Position numbers and translations under genes: made by a program. A stretch of 64,000 nt of DNA from Octopus sinensis (lineage: Eukaryota): contig NC_042997.1 in NCBI RefSeq assembly GCF_006345805.1, positions 91,822,001 through 91,886,000 on the forward strand. The letters run 5' to 3'. Under the pieces are notes generated by a model, which worked only from the letters and a program-made list of their open reading frames with translations, did not search any database and was not told where the DNA came from. Of the stretch, positions 1 through 12,416 are shown piece by piece. The first letter of the stretch is position 1; each line of letters begins with the position of its first letter.

Positions 1-63
1 ATCATTCCAAGTTCTCCTACAATCACTGGTATTGTAATCGTCTTGAGATGCCAATTATTATTA

Positions 64-292
64 AGGCAGCAGCGAGCTGGCAGAATCGGTAGCACGCCAA
101 GCAAAATGCTCAGCGGCATTTCGTCCGTCTTTACGTTCTGAGTTCAAATTCCGCCGAGGTCGCCTTTAGCTTTCATCCTTTCAGGGTCGATAGATTAAGT
201 ACCAGTTGACTACTGAAGTCGATGTGATCGACTTAACCCATCTCCCAAAATTGCAGGCCTTGTGCCTATAGTAGAAAGGATTATTGTTATTA
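64..292 (+). mobile_element. tRNA-derived SINE, family A (full length)
   Basis: A-box-like GCTGGCAGAATCGG, B-box GAGTTCAAATTCC, core CTTTCATCCTTTCAGGGTCGATA, ATT tail; about 14 related copies in the window. Confidence 0.9.
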
Positions 293-834
293 ACAACAAT
301 ACAGATTCGCGAAAATGAAGCGACTGGCAAATATATGACCAGCAGTTTGCGATGAAATTCTGTATATGTAAATCTAATATTTACAATTGGTTTCATATGT
401 AAATCTTACTGTTATTGATAACAAACTAGCTACTAATTTCCTGGAATTCTACAGTTACAGTTTGATATATATGTTTCATTGATTTGTAGTATTAAAAAGA
501 AATGAAATTGAGCTTCATGCGTACTACTGTGTATATTTGATAAGTAATATTGGTTGACTTGTTGGTAAGTTGTAATAAGTAGATAATTTTTGAATGTATT
601 GAAATGAATGGACAAGCGATAGTAAAATCTTTATTAAGATTACTACGGATCAAACACAGAAATGAGGACAGCACGGAACAATTACATAGAATGAATGAGT
701 TCGTGTTTATAAAAACTTTTTGCGATTATTATTATATACAAAGTATAAATAATTTACAAATAAATAAAATTTATGACGACTTAAAACTTAACCTTTTTTT
801 TTTAAAGACGCAAGCAAATTGATTTTTTGACCCG

Positions 835-1135
835 GCAGCCTATAAGGTCTGGCAGATTACTTTTTATTTCCTCGATGATCAGTTTGGGTAACTTACACCC
901 ACCTTTTTCACCACTTCCTTCCATCTTTGTTCATATACTCTAGTTGACAGGGTCCTCTTTTCCAGCCCTATCTTGCTCTTCAGATGGTATCTGAAGTAAA
1001 GAAGCAATCCAGGGCCGGATATATATAGGACCCTGTCACAAAACCTTCCATTCTTGTCCTCCATATACACTCTTTCAACACTGCTACCGTACAGAAAAAA
1101 CAAGCCTCACCTTCTTCAGAGAGTCCAGTTGGTGG
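835..1135 (-). mobile_element. L1/Tx1-like LINE ORF2 3' end fragment
   Basis: ORF 879..1103 reads FRYHLKSKIGLEKRTLSTRVYEQRWKEVV, which resembles the 3' ends of the Tx1-like copies at 35.6 kb and 38.2-39.3 kb. Confidence 0.6.
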
Positions 1136-1429
1136 TATCATCTTTATCATAGATCCAGCTGACAGCTATACTCGTCCCAGATGCGACAAGACGTGTTCTA
1201 CGTAAGATATCAAGCTGGAAAGCTGCCGACAATGTACAAAAGCGCACGAAAGATAGTGCATATTTATTACAGATTTTATTCAATTGTTACGTAATTACGC
1301 TACTGCAACAAATTGGAAAACAACGCAAAAATTTGTATTATGGATGACAGTTAGTTTACATCGAAAGTCTCTTGTTCAGTTCTAAATATGTGACAGAAGA
1401 AAGGTAAAGGGTTTCAAGGCTCACGCGAA

Positions 1430-1461
<32 letters not shown>

Positions 1462-1939
1462 AAACTAATTCTCGGTGAGGTTGCTTTGTAGTTGGCAGAA
1501 AGGAAACTGTTTGTTAGTTATAGAATTGGAAAATGTATTGTCTTCCTGACCTTTATAAAGACCGACAAGGGTGGAAAACCGAATTCTAATGACTAATGAT
1601 GGAAATTTACATAATGTAATCAAGCTTGAACTGGACATTACCACACTATCAATTATTCCAAAACTGTGATCCCTACCATGTTTTCAGAGCAGAAGGGAAA
1701 CTTGAATCAGCTATTTTTTTTTTTAAGGCCAGCAGTAATGTAACATAAAGGAGATATGGATTCAAGAGATTGCAATGATATTTGGTCTTTGCATTGACGT
1801 TCATAATTGAGGAACTCAGACCTTCTGTGGAAGGCTAAGATAGGTTATCTTTTACAAAATTACTTTCTGATACCAGAGGTAAATCAAAGGGGCTCATAAT
1901 TGCTAAGTTCTACTTCGAAGGCAGGTTATTAACTTGAGA

Positions 1940-1971
1940 TTAGATTATAGCTGCAGCAACAGCTTGAAAAA
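1940..1971 (-). CDS. candidate terminal coding exon (GFQAVAAAII*)
   Basis: Minus-strand acceptor aatttgctttgcAG|GT TTT CAA GCT GTT GCT GCA GCT ATA ATC TAA; the phase fits the candidate exon at 5472-5582. No protein family recognised. Confidence 0.25.
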
Positions 1972-2691
1972 CCTGCAAAGCAAATTACATAGAATCAACA
2001 ATTGAGATTCATGACAACTATAAAGATTCAAGATATACATGCAGATAAAGCAGTGAATCTTACTAAAAATTGTTGATTATACAAAAGACATTTTTAGCTC
2101 TAGAAATAACAGATGGTTTCAAATAATCTGTTATTATGCGCTGCTTTTTCTTTACTTAACATGAAAAAGAAAAAGAAAAGAAAAGAAATAAGTAGTAGAT
2201 AAAGTCGCTAAAATATTTTGTAAGGTTTATTGTTATATTGCGTTTATAATTGCTAATTTCTTGCTGAAACTGAGTAATTTTAAGTGGAGGAAGTACTTAA
2301 AATTATTTCCTTATAAAACCCCTAAATATATTCTATATTTTGCATATTCAATTTAGAGCCTCTCGAGTAAGTGTTATAAAAGTATACGAGTAAGGATAAT
2401 AAAAGTTGATTGTTAAATTCGACATTGTTGAGCTCGAGGTTATTTTTTATATTTTCTCTTTTAACAACATAACTGTGTCATATCAGTCATTGCTGTCTGG
2501 CTCAGAAGTTTGTTTCGCAATCCCATGGTTCAAGGTTTGGTCTCACTATACTGCATTTTAATAAAAAGAGTTTTTATAAATTTTAGTTGACTATTAGTTT
2601 GTGAGTGGAATTTTGAAGATGAAAATTGCAGAAGCTACTGGTATATATTGCTTCTAGATCTAAGTGCTTCATTCGCATAGAGTGAACAAAG

Positions 2692-2851
2692 GGATTAAGT
2701 CGATTACATCGACCCCAGTGCGTAACTGGTACTTAATTTATCGACCCCAAAAGGATGAAAGGCGGAATTTGAACTCAGAACGTAACGGCAGACGAAATTA
2801 CGGCTACGCATTTCGCCCGGCGTGCTAACGTTTCTGCCAGCTCGCCGCCTT
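2692..2851 (-). mobile_element. SINE family A
   Basis: Reverse complement of the head and core, ending CTGCCAGCTCGCCGCC. Confidence 0.9.
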
Positions 2852-2885
2852 TTACAAATTTCACTATAGTACACAAATGAACGTT

Positions 2886-2931
<46 letters not shown>

Positions 2932-3020
2932 TGTGTGTGTCTGTGTGCGTCTACGCGCCGCCTTTTACAAATTTCACTATAGTACACAAATGAACGTTTC
3001 ATTACTGTGTGTGTGTGTAT
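2843..3020. repeat. about 60 bp local direct duplication separated by (TG)n
   Basis: CGCCGCCTTTTACAAATTTCACTATAGTACACAAATGAACGTTTCATTACTGTGTG occurs at about 2843 and 2956. Confidence 0.9.
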
Positions 3021-3329
3021 GTGTGCGTGTGCGCGCATGTATATCTGTGTGTGTGTTTGTGTTTGTCTGCATGTGTGTATGAGTATGCCATATGCAGATG
3101 CAATGGCTTGAACTGACAATTCCACTCATGACAATTCAGTGCAAGGAAAATTCAACGCATCATGTTTATGTGTAAATGAAATTTAATTTCATTTATTTTG
3201 TTTTCAAAATTCGTGAATAAGTGGTAATGTTTTAGATTGTTAACACTAACAACCATTGAATAAGTAGCGTTTCCAATTGTTAATAGTCCAAAAACCTTTT
3301 CTTCTATTTATACGAGTATACCATTTCAT

Positions 3330-4190
3330 TACCTATAGAAAATTTAGGTCTCCCACTAATAAAGGGGATCTTCACAGTCAGTCCACTGAAACAATGACGG
3401 AAATTTCCTATGATATGGACGAACTGACCATGTACATAACTGATAATCTTCCCAAGCTTCTATCTGCATATTCCACTGTCATGGAAAGTATTAACAATAA
3501 TATAGGAGGACTTTATTTCTTAGATGCTCCAGGAGGTACTGGGAAAACATTTGTGATTAAACTCCTCCGGGCTAAAGTTCGTCAAGAAAATAAAATAGCT
3601 TTAGTTATTGCTACTTTTGGGATTGCAGAAATATTACTACCCGGAGGTCGGGCTGCCCACACAACGTTCAAGTTGCCTTTAGATCTATTCTAACAAGGAA
3701 GGTCCAGTTTGTAATATATTTAAAAATTCTGAAATAGGTGACCTAATACAACGATGTCACTTAATTGTCTGGGACGAATGTACTCTGGCCCACAAAAAAG
3801 CTTTTGAATCTGTGGTCAGAACATTACGGAGATATTAGAAATTGTAAACCCATGATGGGAAATGTCAGTGTTATTGCCAGGAGACTTCCGACGAACACTA
3901 CCAATTGTTCCAAGAAGAACCAAAGTGGATGAGCTCAGTGCTTCAATAAAGTCTTCTGTATTATGGCACCATGTGAAAACACTTCAACTTTCGACAAATA
4001 AGAGATCAATCAGTTGAATCATTTGCAAAGCAGCTTTTGAAACTCGGTAAAGGGAGAACTGCAATTGATGAGGAACAGTTTCTTACACTCAATCTAATAT
4101 GTAATTCAGCTGATTCCGTCGATGATTTGGTGGCTGAAATCTTTCCGAATCTTCTTCATAATTGCAACAATACAGATTGGATACAGAAAC
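3330..4190 (+). pseudogene. Helitron-type PIF1 helicase fragment, degraded
   Basis: FLDAPGGTGKTF (Walker A), LLPGGRAAHTTFKLPLDL, then IVWDEC and GDFRRTLPIV in broken frames with stops. Confidence 0.9.
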
Positions 4191-4407
4191 AAGATCAAAA
4201 ATAAAAAATAAAATAATTAAAATCAATGGGTTGTTGTTTTTTTAGTGTTTGTTCTTCGTTTTTTTTTTATTTACTATATATATATATATATAAACGGTTA
4301 AAATTATAAAATTATGATTTTAACCGTAAAGGTATTTTAATATGCTGCCACATTTCTTGATGGAATTCTTTTCTGTAGAGAAAAAAAACTTCATCCTATA
4401 TTAGTAG

Positions 4408-4515
<108 letters not shown>

Positions 4516-4814
4516 TCTGAGTTCAAACTTCAGTAAGGTCCTTTCAACCATTCAGGTTTGATAAAACAAAATACTGCTCAAGTACTGTGGTCAATGATAT
4601 GAACTAGCATATATATATATATTATATATATATATAGGGAAACTGGTGATCTTCATGATTTTAAAAGGCTGCACGATTAAAAAAAAACTATGAGAAAAAC
4701 AATAGGACGTCATCATTTTGTACAATGAAATAAGCTCTTATTGGCGCATCATCCGGTTGCTCCAAGGATTGAAGTTGTTATGCTAGTTGTTGTTGTTGTC
4801 GTCGTTGTTGTTGT

Positions 4815-4945
4815 TTAGCCTCAGATTAAGTCTGATTGAGGAAACCTCAATCTATGACTATCGTATCCTTTATGCGGACATAATGCATTTAGCTCTACAC
4901 CAACCAATGTCTATTTCGTTTTTAGGTTTTGCAAGCCTTGATTTG
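4815..4945 (+). mobile_element. degenerate short repeat, family D (also about 14560-14710 and 29875-30060)
   Basis: Loosely shared motifs (TTTAGCC.CAG, ATTCCAGC/ATTCTAGCCGTGA, TTCTAG..GGTCGAG) at three places. Confidence 0.45.
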
Positions 4946-5091
4946 AAATAGATTTCGTCGTGAGTATTAGGCCTTTCGGCACAGATGTTTTAGCGCCGCT
5001 TATTTGGCGTCGCTTTTTCGACGCTGAAGTATTTAACATCAATCATTTTAATGTTTCTCGCATTTTAATGCTTCTCTCTTCTTTCTTTTCC

Positions 5092-5136
<45 letters not shown>

Positions 5137-5392
5137 TCACTCTATCTCCTGCTGCCCCCCTCTCTCTCTCTATGAGTATGAAGCATATTACTCGGTATAT
5201 GTATGAGGAGAGGAAAAGTATTTATGTCGATTGTATTCAATAACTCTTTCTGTTTGTATGTACATATTTCTACGTGCATGCGTATGTGTGTATGTATGTG
5301 TGTGTTTATTTGTGTGTAGATGTGTTTTTGTCTTTATGTGTGTGCATGTGTGTGTGAGAAAGAGAGATAGATAGAGAGAGAGAGAGAAAGAG

Positions 5393-5395
<3 letters not shown>

Positions 5396-5470
<75 letters not shown>
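5396..5470. repeat. (TG)n microsatellite preceded by (AG)n
   Basis: Pure dinucleotide tract. Confidence 0.95.
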
Positions 5471-5471
<1 letters not shown>

Positions 5472-5582
5472 CTTCAGCACCGAATGGTACTGTCACCATA
5501 ACTGAATGTTCCGTCAGCTGTTCCAAATTGTCTGCATTCAAACAACTTGGCAAAAAATGCCTCATTCCGTTGGCCGCTATTT
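5472..5582 (-). CDS. candidate internal coding exon, 111 nt, phase 1-1
   Basis: Acceptor ccatcttatAG|, open frame (E)IAANGMRHFLPSCLNADNLEQLTEHSVMVTVPFGAE(G), donor GAAG|GTACAC; unique sequence; no family recognised. Confidence 0.35.
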
Positions 5583-6086
5583 CTATAAGATGGCAAGATC
5601 AATAAGATGGGTTATCAATAACAGAGAAGTTAATAGTGGAGATCAAAGCTACTTAATTGCACAAGAGATATCGGATAAATGAAATATTTATATCTAATAC
5701 ACACACTACATGACTACCTACAGCAGTGTTTAAAATAAGACTACACATACAAAAACGTATGAAAACAGCTGTTATCAGACATGAGACAACATAGAAAATT
5801 TATGCTATTTTAACAATCTGTCAACTTTACAAAAAGCAATATGAATTAGTACCTAAGTAAAGTATCGGGAACACACACAAAAAAAGGAAAATCGTTATGA
5901 GGGTAAATCTATCGTAACGAAGCGTTACAAAATAGGACAACAGTGGGGGACAACAGTTTCAAGAACGCCTTAGAAAAAAAAAAAACAATTTCCTTCAGCA
6001 AAATATTGAATTTTAAAGAGATAAGAAGGCTAATCATTTTTTCAACCTTTTTTGTTGAAGTTCAGTTGGTAATTACGTTTCAATAC

Positions 6087-6127
6087 CGAGAAAAGAATCG
6101 TATTTCTTAGAAGGGTGCTGCTTCATT
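6087..6127 (-). CDS. candidate upstream exon (MKQHPSKKYDSFL)
   Basis: Donor CTCG|GTATTG gives phase 1 and forms GAA with the next exon; the acceptor is weak. Confidence 0.15.
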
Positions 6128-6271
6128 CTTTGCCGAATGGATTTAATGGGTGGGAATAAAATATACATGCGTACGTATATGTACATGTATATGTATGTAT
6201 GAATGCATGTGTGCATGAGAGCATATATGTCTGTATGCATTTATATATGTGTATGTATGTGTGTGTATGTA

Positions 6272-6309
<38 letters not shown>

Positions 6310-6338
6310 GTGTGTGTGTGTGGTGTGTGTGTGTGCAT

Positions 6339-6383
<45 letters not shown>

Positions 6384-6541
6384 ATGTATGTATACACATC
6401 CATATGCATGTATGTATGCATATGCTTATAAATATCTACATACACGCGCGCGCACACACATATATACAAACATTGTGTTTCTGTGTTTTTGTTTGTGTAT
6501 TTATGTAATATATTTGTATGTTGTACTTATGTATGCATGTG

Positions 6542-6590
<49 letters not shown>

Positions 6591-6634
6591 GCCGAGGAAT
6601 ATGTTTATATATATATATATATGTATGTTAAAAA

Positions 6635-6955
6635 AGACTCCGCCGGTTACGACGACGAGGGTCCCAGCTGATACGATCAACGGAACAGCTTGCTCGTAAA
6701 ATTAACGTGCAAATGGCTGAGCATTCCACAGACACGTGTACCCTTAACGTAGTTCTCGGGGATAATCAGCGTGACACAGAGAGTGACAAGGCTGACCCTT
6801 TGAAATACAAGTACAACTCATTTTTGCCAGCTGAGTGGACTGGAGCAACGTGAAATAAAGTGTCTTGCTCAAGGACACAACGCGCCGCCGGGAATCGAAC
6901 TCACAACCTTACGATCATGAGCCGAATGCCCTAACCACTAAGCCACGTGCCCTCA
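6635..6955 (-). mobile_element. tRNA-derived SINE, family C
   Basis: Head TGGCTTAGTGG ... GAGTTCGATTCC, then TGTGTCCTTGAGCAAGACACTT; same family as 20846-21170. Confidence 0.9.
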
Positions 6956-6977
6956 CTTATATGCATGTATGTATTAC

Positions 6978-7030
<53 letters not shown>

Positions 7031-7335
7031 CGCGCGCGCGTGTGTGTGTTTCTATATTATTTTATTTTATTTGTTTCACTCATCTGACTGCAGCCATACT
7101 GGGTGTATATATATAGAGAGAGAGAGATGGGAACGATGATTTCTCTTCGCAAATACTGATCGGGCACAGACGGTGTTTCGTTAGCCAGCTGGAGGAGATG
7201 TCTTCCTGGGGCTATAAACTACAGTGGCATCGTCCCATATGGCTCAGCCACCTTTAGGTGGCAAATATACTTCACGATGTCGTACTGCTACTGTTTACAT
7301 CTCGCTTAGAGATTTATTATTGCTTATATATATAT

Positions 7336-8305
7336 ATAACAAAACTTACTTGGAGATGAAACGAAACGAAAACGAATCGGATCGACGCGAGGGCACTCAG
7401 TCATACAATAGTGTAATAAATAAAATATATGCATACATACATACATATATGTACGTACCTACATCTACATGTATATATACATGCATATATAAATATATAT
7501 ACGTAAGTACAGGACACCACAAATAGACGTAGAACTCAACGAGAAACAAAAACGTAAAAACAAACGTGGAAACGGACCTAAACGTAAAAAAACAGAGTAC
7601 AAGACAAACTACACAAGGAAAAATCCACTTCATCAACTGTCCCTAGTTCAACTCTAGCGTGTTTCGAAGGTTGGACAGAACACGACTCTTGGAACTAGTC
7701 CTTCCTCCAAAGGAATGTTTAAAAAATTACTTCGCAGAGGGGTAAAAACAAGGAAAGTTAAACATGTGACAAAAAAAAAAGATACAAATAAAATAAAATA
7801 CAAATTAAAAATACAAAAAATAAAAATACAGAATAAAATTACAAGTACGAAAAATACAGTACAAGAAATAAAACAAACAAGAAAACAGACAATGAGGGCC
7901 TTAATGCCGGCCTACACGAGGAAAGATTGTAAGAGCGCTAGAAGAACAGTGTTCACTGTTTGAATGCCAGCGGCGAAAGGAAGCAAACTCGCCCGGCTGT
8001 GAAAGAGATGAGGAGGAGTAGGGAGAGAAAGATAGAGAAAGACAAGCGGCTGTGAGAGAGATATGAGGAGGAGTGAGAGAGAGAGAGGGAGATAGGGAAG
8101 GAAGAGAAGGTCAAGCAAAGAGTTGTAGAGATTCGCGTCACAATTATAAATAACAAAACTTACTTGGAGATGAAACGAAACGAAAACGAATCGGATCGAC
8201 GCGAGGGCGCTCAGTCATACAATAGTGTAATAAATAAAATATATGCATACATACATACATGTATGTACGTACCTACATCTACATGTATATATACATGCAT
8301 ATATA
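7336..8305. mobile_element. non-coding element bounded by 156 bp direct repeats (7336-7491, 8150-8305); pseudo-LTR-like
   Basis: The two repeats differ at about 2 positions; period 814 bp; A-rich and GA-rich interior. Confidence 0.7.
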
Positions 8306-8357
8306 TATATGCATGTATGTATGTATGTATATATATATATATATATCGGGGAGTGAA

Positions 8358-8969
8358 ATAATCATTACAGATATAGGGTAAAAAATTATTAATTTAATAA
8401 ATTAACAAATTTTACCAAGTACTTTTCGATAACAAAACTCCGGCTCTTTCTCTGCAGTACTATCTTGTGACGCACATGGTAAACGTGGAGGGAAATACGA
8501 ATTCACTCGTCTATATAAATTTGGATATGCTGATTAAATTTTGTATCTTCTGATGGCGCTTTGTCAGAAATACAAGGGGTAAGTTTTCCTAGCATTAATT
8601 CTCGAAATATTATGTTGATGGCGGAAATGAATTTTTAAAATTCTAATCCAGAAACGCGTCCATAATTAATCGAAGACTGTTTGATTTCATTATTTTTCTT
8701 CTTTTTGCCTATGTGAATTACAAATATTGTTATCTGTGGAGACATATTTTGTAGAAAAAAGAAATAGCAGTCTTTTGGCAGCTATTTCTAAAATTTTCGG
8801 TATGTGGTCAAGCAACTTGTTGCTAAACCCTTAATTATTGTTATAATTATATATAAAAAAACTTTTTGTATAAGTTTTTATCGAATATGGTTCTTTTCCA
8901 TACCTAAAACTACTTGGTAAAATTTGTTAATTTATTAGATTAATAATTTTTTACCCTATATCTGTAATG

Positions 8970-8974
<5 letters not shown>
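8358..8974. mobile_element. MITE-like element with 64 bp terminal inverted repeats
   Basis: ATAATCATTACAGATATAGGGTAAAAAATTATTAAT...ACCAAGTA at 8358-8421 and its reverse complement (1 mismatch) at 8911-8974; lies between (TA)n tracts. Confidence 0.85.
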
Positions 8975-9011
<37 letters not shown>

Positions 9012-9022
9012 CATATATATAT

Positions 9023-9093
<71 letters not shown>

Positions 9094-9126
9094 ATATATA
9101 TATATATAATATATATATATATATAC

Positions 9127-9825
9127 GTGCATATATGGGTAAAGGATGTCACCGACGGTGCAAATAACATGAAATACTTCAACAACGAGAAAATGGAAAA
9201 CAGGACAACTAAACATAGAGAAGGACCCTTCATCAGTTGTCGGCTGTCTATCTACTCCTCATTTCGAGCATTCAACGACAATAGGAGTCTTCAAAGACAG
9301 TTGCTCCCATAAATTCTAAAATAAAATTTAGGACTTACAGAGGGTCAAAGTTGGGAACAAAGTGGCGGCATACAAGGAAACCGAACGAAACCAAATATGG
9401 GAGGTCGTTAGACCAGAACGAGAGGAAAATAGTGAACGCTGGAAAAAACATTTTTTTTAAATGAGAAAAGATAGAAGAGAGAGAGAGAAAACACGTCCGC
9501 TCTTAAACGTCCGTGCAGGAAAAGGAAGATGGTAACGTGAAGAATAGAAAGATGGATGATGGTCACGTGTGAGCAACGAGAAAGAGAGGGAGAAAAAAGA
9601 GATAGAGGGGAGGAAGAGAGAGACAGATAGAAAACGGTGAAGGAGGGACAAGGAGAAAAAGGGAATTAGAGAAGGATGGAGGAAGAAAACAGTATAGAAT
9701 AGAAAGTCGCATCAAATTATTAACACTGTGTATTACTACAATAATCCCTAACATATCGGCGAGTCTTTCTTCTTATATGATAGTGATTAATCGGTGAAAT
9801 TTTCGAATTGACTATATATATATAT
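9127..9825. mobile_element. (TA)n-flanked non-coding repeat, loosely similar to the 7.3-8.3 kb element
   Basis: Shares CTTCATCA..TGTC, TTTCGA, CGAAAC motifs and a GA-rich tract. Confidence 0.5.
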
Positions 9826-9909
9826 TTCAAAATGTAACTACATGTGGATAGTTGGCGATTTTTTCCCTCTGTCTTCCTTTTCTCTTGGTCTTTCCTCCGT
9901 TTCCTGCTC

Positions 9910-9936
9910 CTGACGAAGAGCTTTGCTCAAAACGTA
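9910..9936 (+). ncRNA. minimal type I hammerhead ribozyme core, Penelope-type, G12>A
   Basis: CTGACGA-A-GAGC-ttt-GCTC-AAAAC-GTA: core, 4 bp stem II, palindromic ACGT stem III. Stem I is not evident. Confidence 0.6.
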
Positions 9937-10032
9937 AAAATTACCTTTCTTTCCTTCCCTAAGCATCTGCTAATACTTTGCATGTACCACGTCCTCGCGT
10001 TGTTATTTTTTCTTGTTTGTTCTTCACTTTTT

Positions 10033-10083
<51 letters not shown>

Positions 10084-10244
10084 AATTCGAGGATGTCAGG
10101 TCCTCATTAGGGATTAAATAATTCAAAAGTTTCACTGATTAATCACTATCATATAAGAAGAAAGTTTCAACGATATGTTAAGGATTATTATAGTATTGTT
10201 AATAATGAAAGAAACAAAATAGAGAATTATTGATGTATAAATAA

Positions 10245-10544
10245 CTAGCAGTATCGCCCGGCGTTGCTCGGGTTTGTAAGGGAAATAACTATATAAGCAT
10301 TTTTAGAGTGTTTCTTCCCTTATATAATAGCAAAAAAATGCATTAAAAATGGAAAAAAATGATGGTAATTTTTTTTAAATCGTAGACTCATCGTAGACGC
10401 GCGCTAATGCCCAGAAGGGCTCGATATGAATCACGACTATAAGATACCCGCTTTCGGTTAAACTACACCGCAAAATCTGGGAGTAGTTAGGAATCTAAAT
10501 CGTAGGAGACAGACACCACACAACTTCTCTTTTATATATATAGA
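10245..10544 (-). mobile_element. non-autonomous Helitron, 300 bp
   Basis: Minus strand A|TC...CCCGAGCAACGCCGGG hairpin...CTAG|T, inserted between A and T. Confidence 0.9.
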
Positions 10545-10636
10545 TTTATATGTATGATATAATGAGGCTGAAAGTTTTTTTATAAAAACAATACAAATAA
10601 ATTATAAATTATAAAGCTCTAAAAGAAATGACAGAT

Positions 10637-10773
10637 GCCAAAAACCTACGTATATGTTTTGATTCATGCCCTTAGGTGATTCGTAATTCTAAACATTTGG
10701 GCAGGGCCATATGCTAAGAATTGGACATCATTTTTAACTAAATAGGGCAGAATCTCATCAGGGCTTTATGAGC
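10637..10773 (-). ncRNA. type I hammerhead ribozyme relic with extended stem II, G12>A
   Basis: Minus strand AAAGCC-CTGATGA-GATTCTGCCCT...AGGGCATGAATC-AAAAC-ATATAC-GTA-GGTTTT; stems I, II and III are all present. Confidence 0.7.
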
Positions 10774-11207
10774 TTATATTACAAATGTTAACATATTTCT
10801 TAAAAGGATGCAGACAAATTACTAACAAGTTTAAGAAGTTAAATCATATATATTATGCGTATGTATTTAGCTAGCGAATTATAGATGTAAAGATAAAATA
10901 ACATACAAATAAAGGTAAAGTAAGAAGATATAAGATAAAAAATAAAGAAAAATATAAATGTATGTAAAATATATAGTATATGAATTTAGATAAGAAGAAA
11001 GAAAAGTGCTTAAATATGCAAGGGAAGAATTATATGATAAAATAAATGAAAGATAAGTTAAATAGTAAAAAATTATCAGTCGACCGTTAAAGATGAATTA
11101 TTTTCATTGGTTTGGTAATAGATACAGTTCAGGAAATCTATGGATGTGTAGCGTTCACATCGTATTGTGTCGAATTTAAAATCAAGTATAGACAAAAGTT
11201 TGAAAAA

Positions 11208-11566
11208 GTAGTGGTAAGTAGCTTACTTACCAACGACTTGGCTCCGAGTTCAGTCCCACTGCGTGACACCTTGCGCAAGTGTCTTCTACTATAGCCTCGG
11301 GTCGACCAAAGCCTTGTGAATGGATTTGGTAGGCGGAAACTGAAAGAAGCCCGTCGTACATATATATATTTGTGTGTCTTGCCCCCCCCCCCACGTCGCT
11401 TGACAACCGATACTTCCTCGTCACTTAGCGGTTCGGCAAGAGAGACCAACAGAATAAGTACTAGGCTTACAAAGAATAAGTCCTGGGATCGATTTGCTCG
11501 ACTAAAGACGGCGCTCCAGCATGGCCGCAGTCAAATGACTGAAACAAATAAAAGAATAAAGAAAAA
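11208..11566 (+). mobile_element. tRNA-derived SINE, family B (CORE-like centre)
   Basis: Head GGTAAGTAGCTT...GTTCAGTCCC, GACACCTTGCGCAAGTGTCTTCTACTATAGCCTCGG, internal TA/TG tract, 3' GCATGGCCGCAGTCAAATGACTGAAAC. Confidence 0.9.
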
Positions 11567-12416
11567 AGGATATATATATATATATATATAATATATATAT
11601 ATAATATATATATATATATTATATATATATATATATATATAATATATATATATATAATATATATATATATATATTTATACTCACACTCAAACATATTTCT
11701 TTAATTTATTTTCATTTATTTATCATCAGAAAGGTTAACTTGTTAGAGTTGTGTTATTGGAAGTTTAAAATCTAGAATTTATCGCTTAAGAGGTTGAATA
11801 AAAGAAAAGTTGAAAGGGGGCGAAGAGAAAAGGAATAAAATATAATGAAATAAAATGTAGTAGAATATATGGGAGCATATATCGGGTATTTGTTATAACG
11901 TCGCATAATGTTTGTAATTATTAACTAAATAAATAAATAAGTAAATTGGAGATCAATTCATTATAGATAGGAATATCGTTTAGTGTTGTGTGGTCATCAT
12001 TCTAGTAGTAGTTTTCTCTGTACCAAGGTTAGGAATAACGAAGGAGTCATTCTTAAACTTCACAATGATTTAATTATAGCTAAGAACAGATACGAGTTCA
12101 CCAAGAATATGTTTCGTGTGTAGCTGCTCATAAATGTGAAAAGTTACATTCAAAATTTTGCCTAGTCGCGTTCTGAGTGAAAGAAACGCAATAGAAAGTG
12201 TACGAAGGAAATTAGTACCGCAAATGGTCCATTAGCAGCGCAAGAGAAATCTGTACGCATGTCGTGTAACATAAAGGGCTTGAGACGCACGGATGCTGCT
12301 AGAGACCATTTTCTTAGCTTAGTCCACGTGTAGACGAGTATAGTTGCTCTCCATAAAAAGGATGTCGACAGGTCGGATTCGGCGTAGCGAAAAGAGAAAA
12401 AACGGATCTCTGTCCC

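Noticed and set aside
6880-6955. tRNA-like heads with A and B boxes (also at 64, 20846 and 47885)
   Set aside because: Each continues into a SINE body, with no acceptor stem or proper terminator; not tRNA genes.
8447-8585. Exon-like segment (ctctgcAG| ... G|GTAAGT)
   Set aside because: It lies inside the TIR-bounded MITE and has stops in all frames.
9225-9300. Minus-strand GAAA...CTGATGA arrangement (also about 7625-7670) suggesting a type II hammerhead
   Set aside because: Stems I and III cannot be formed, and there is no suitably placed NUH.
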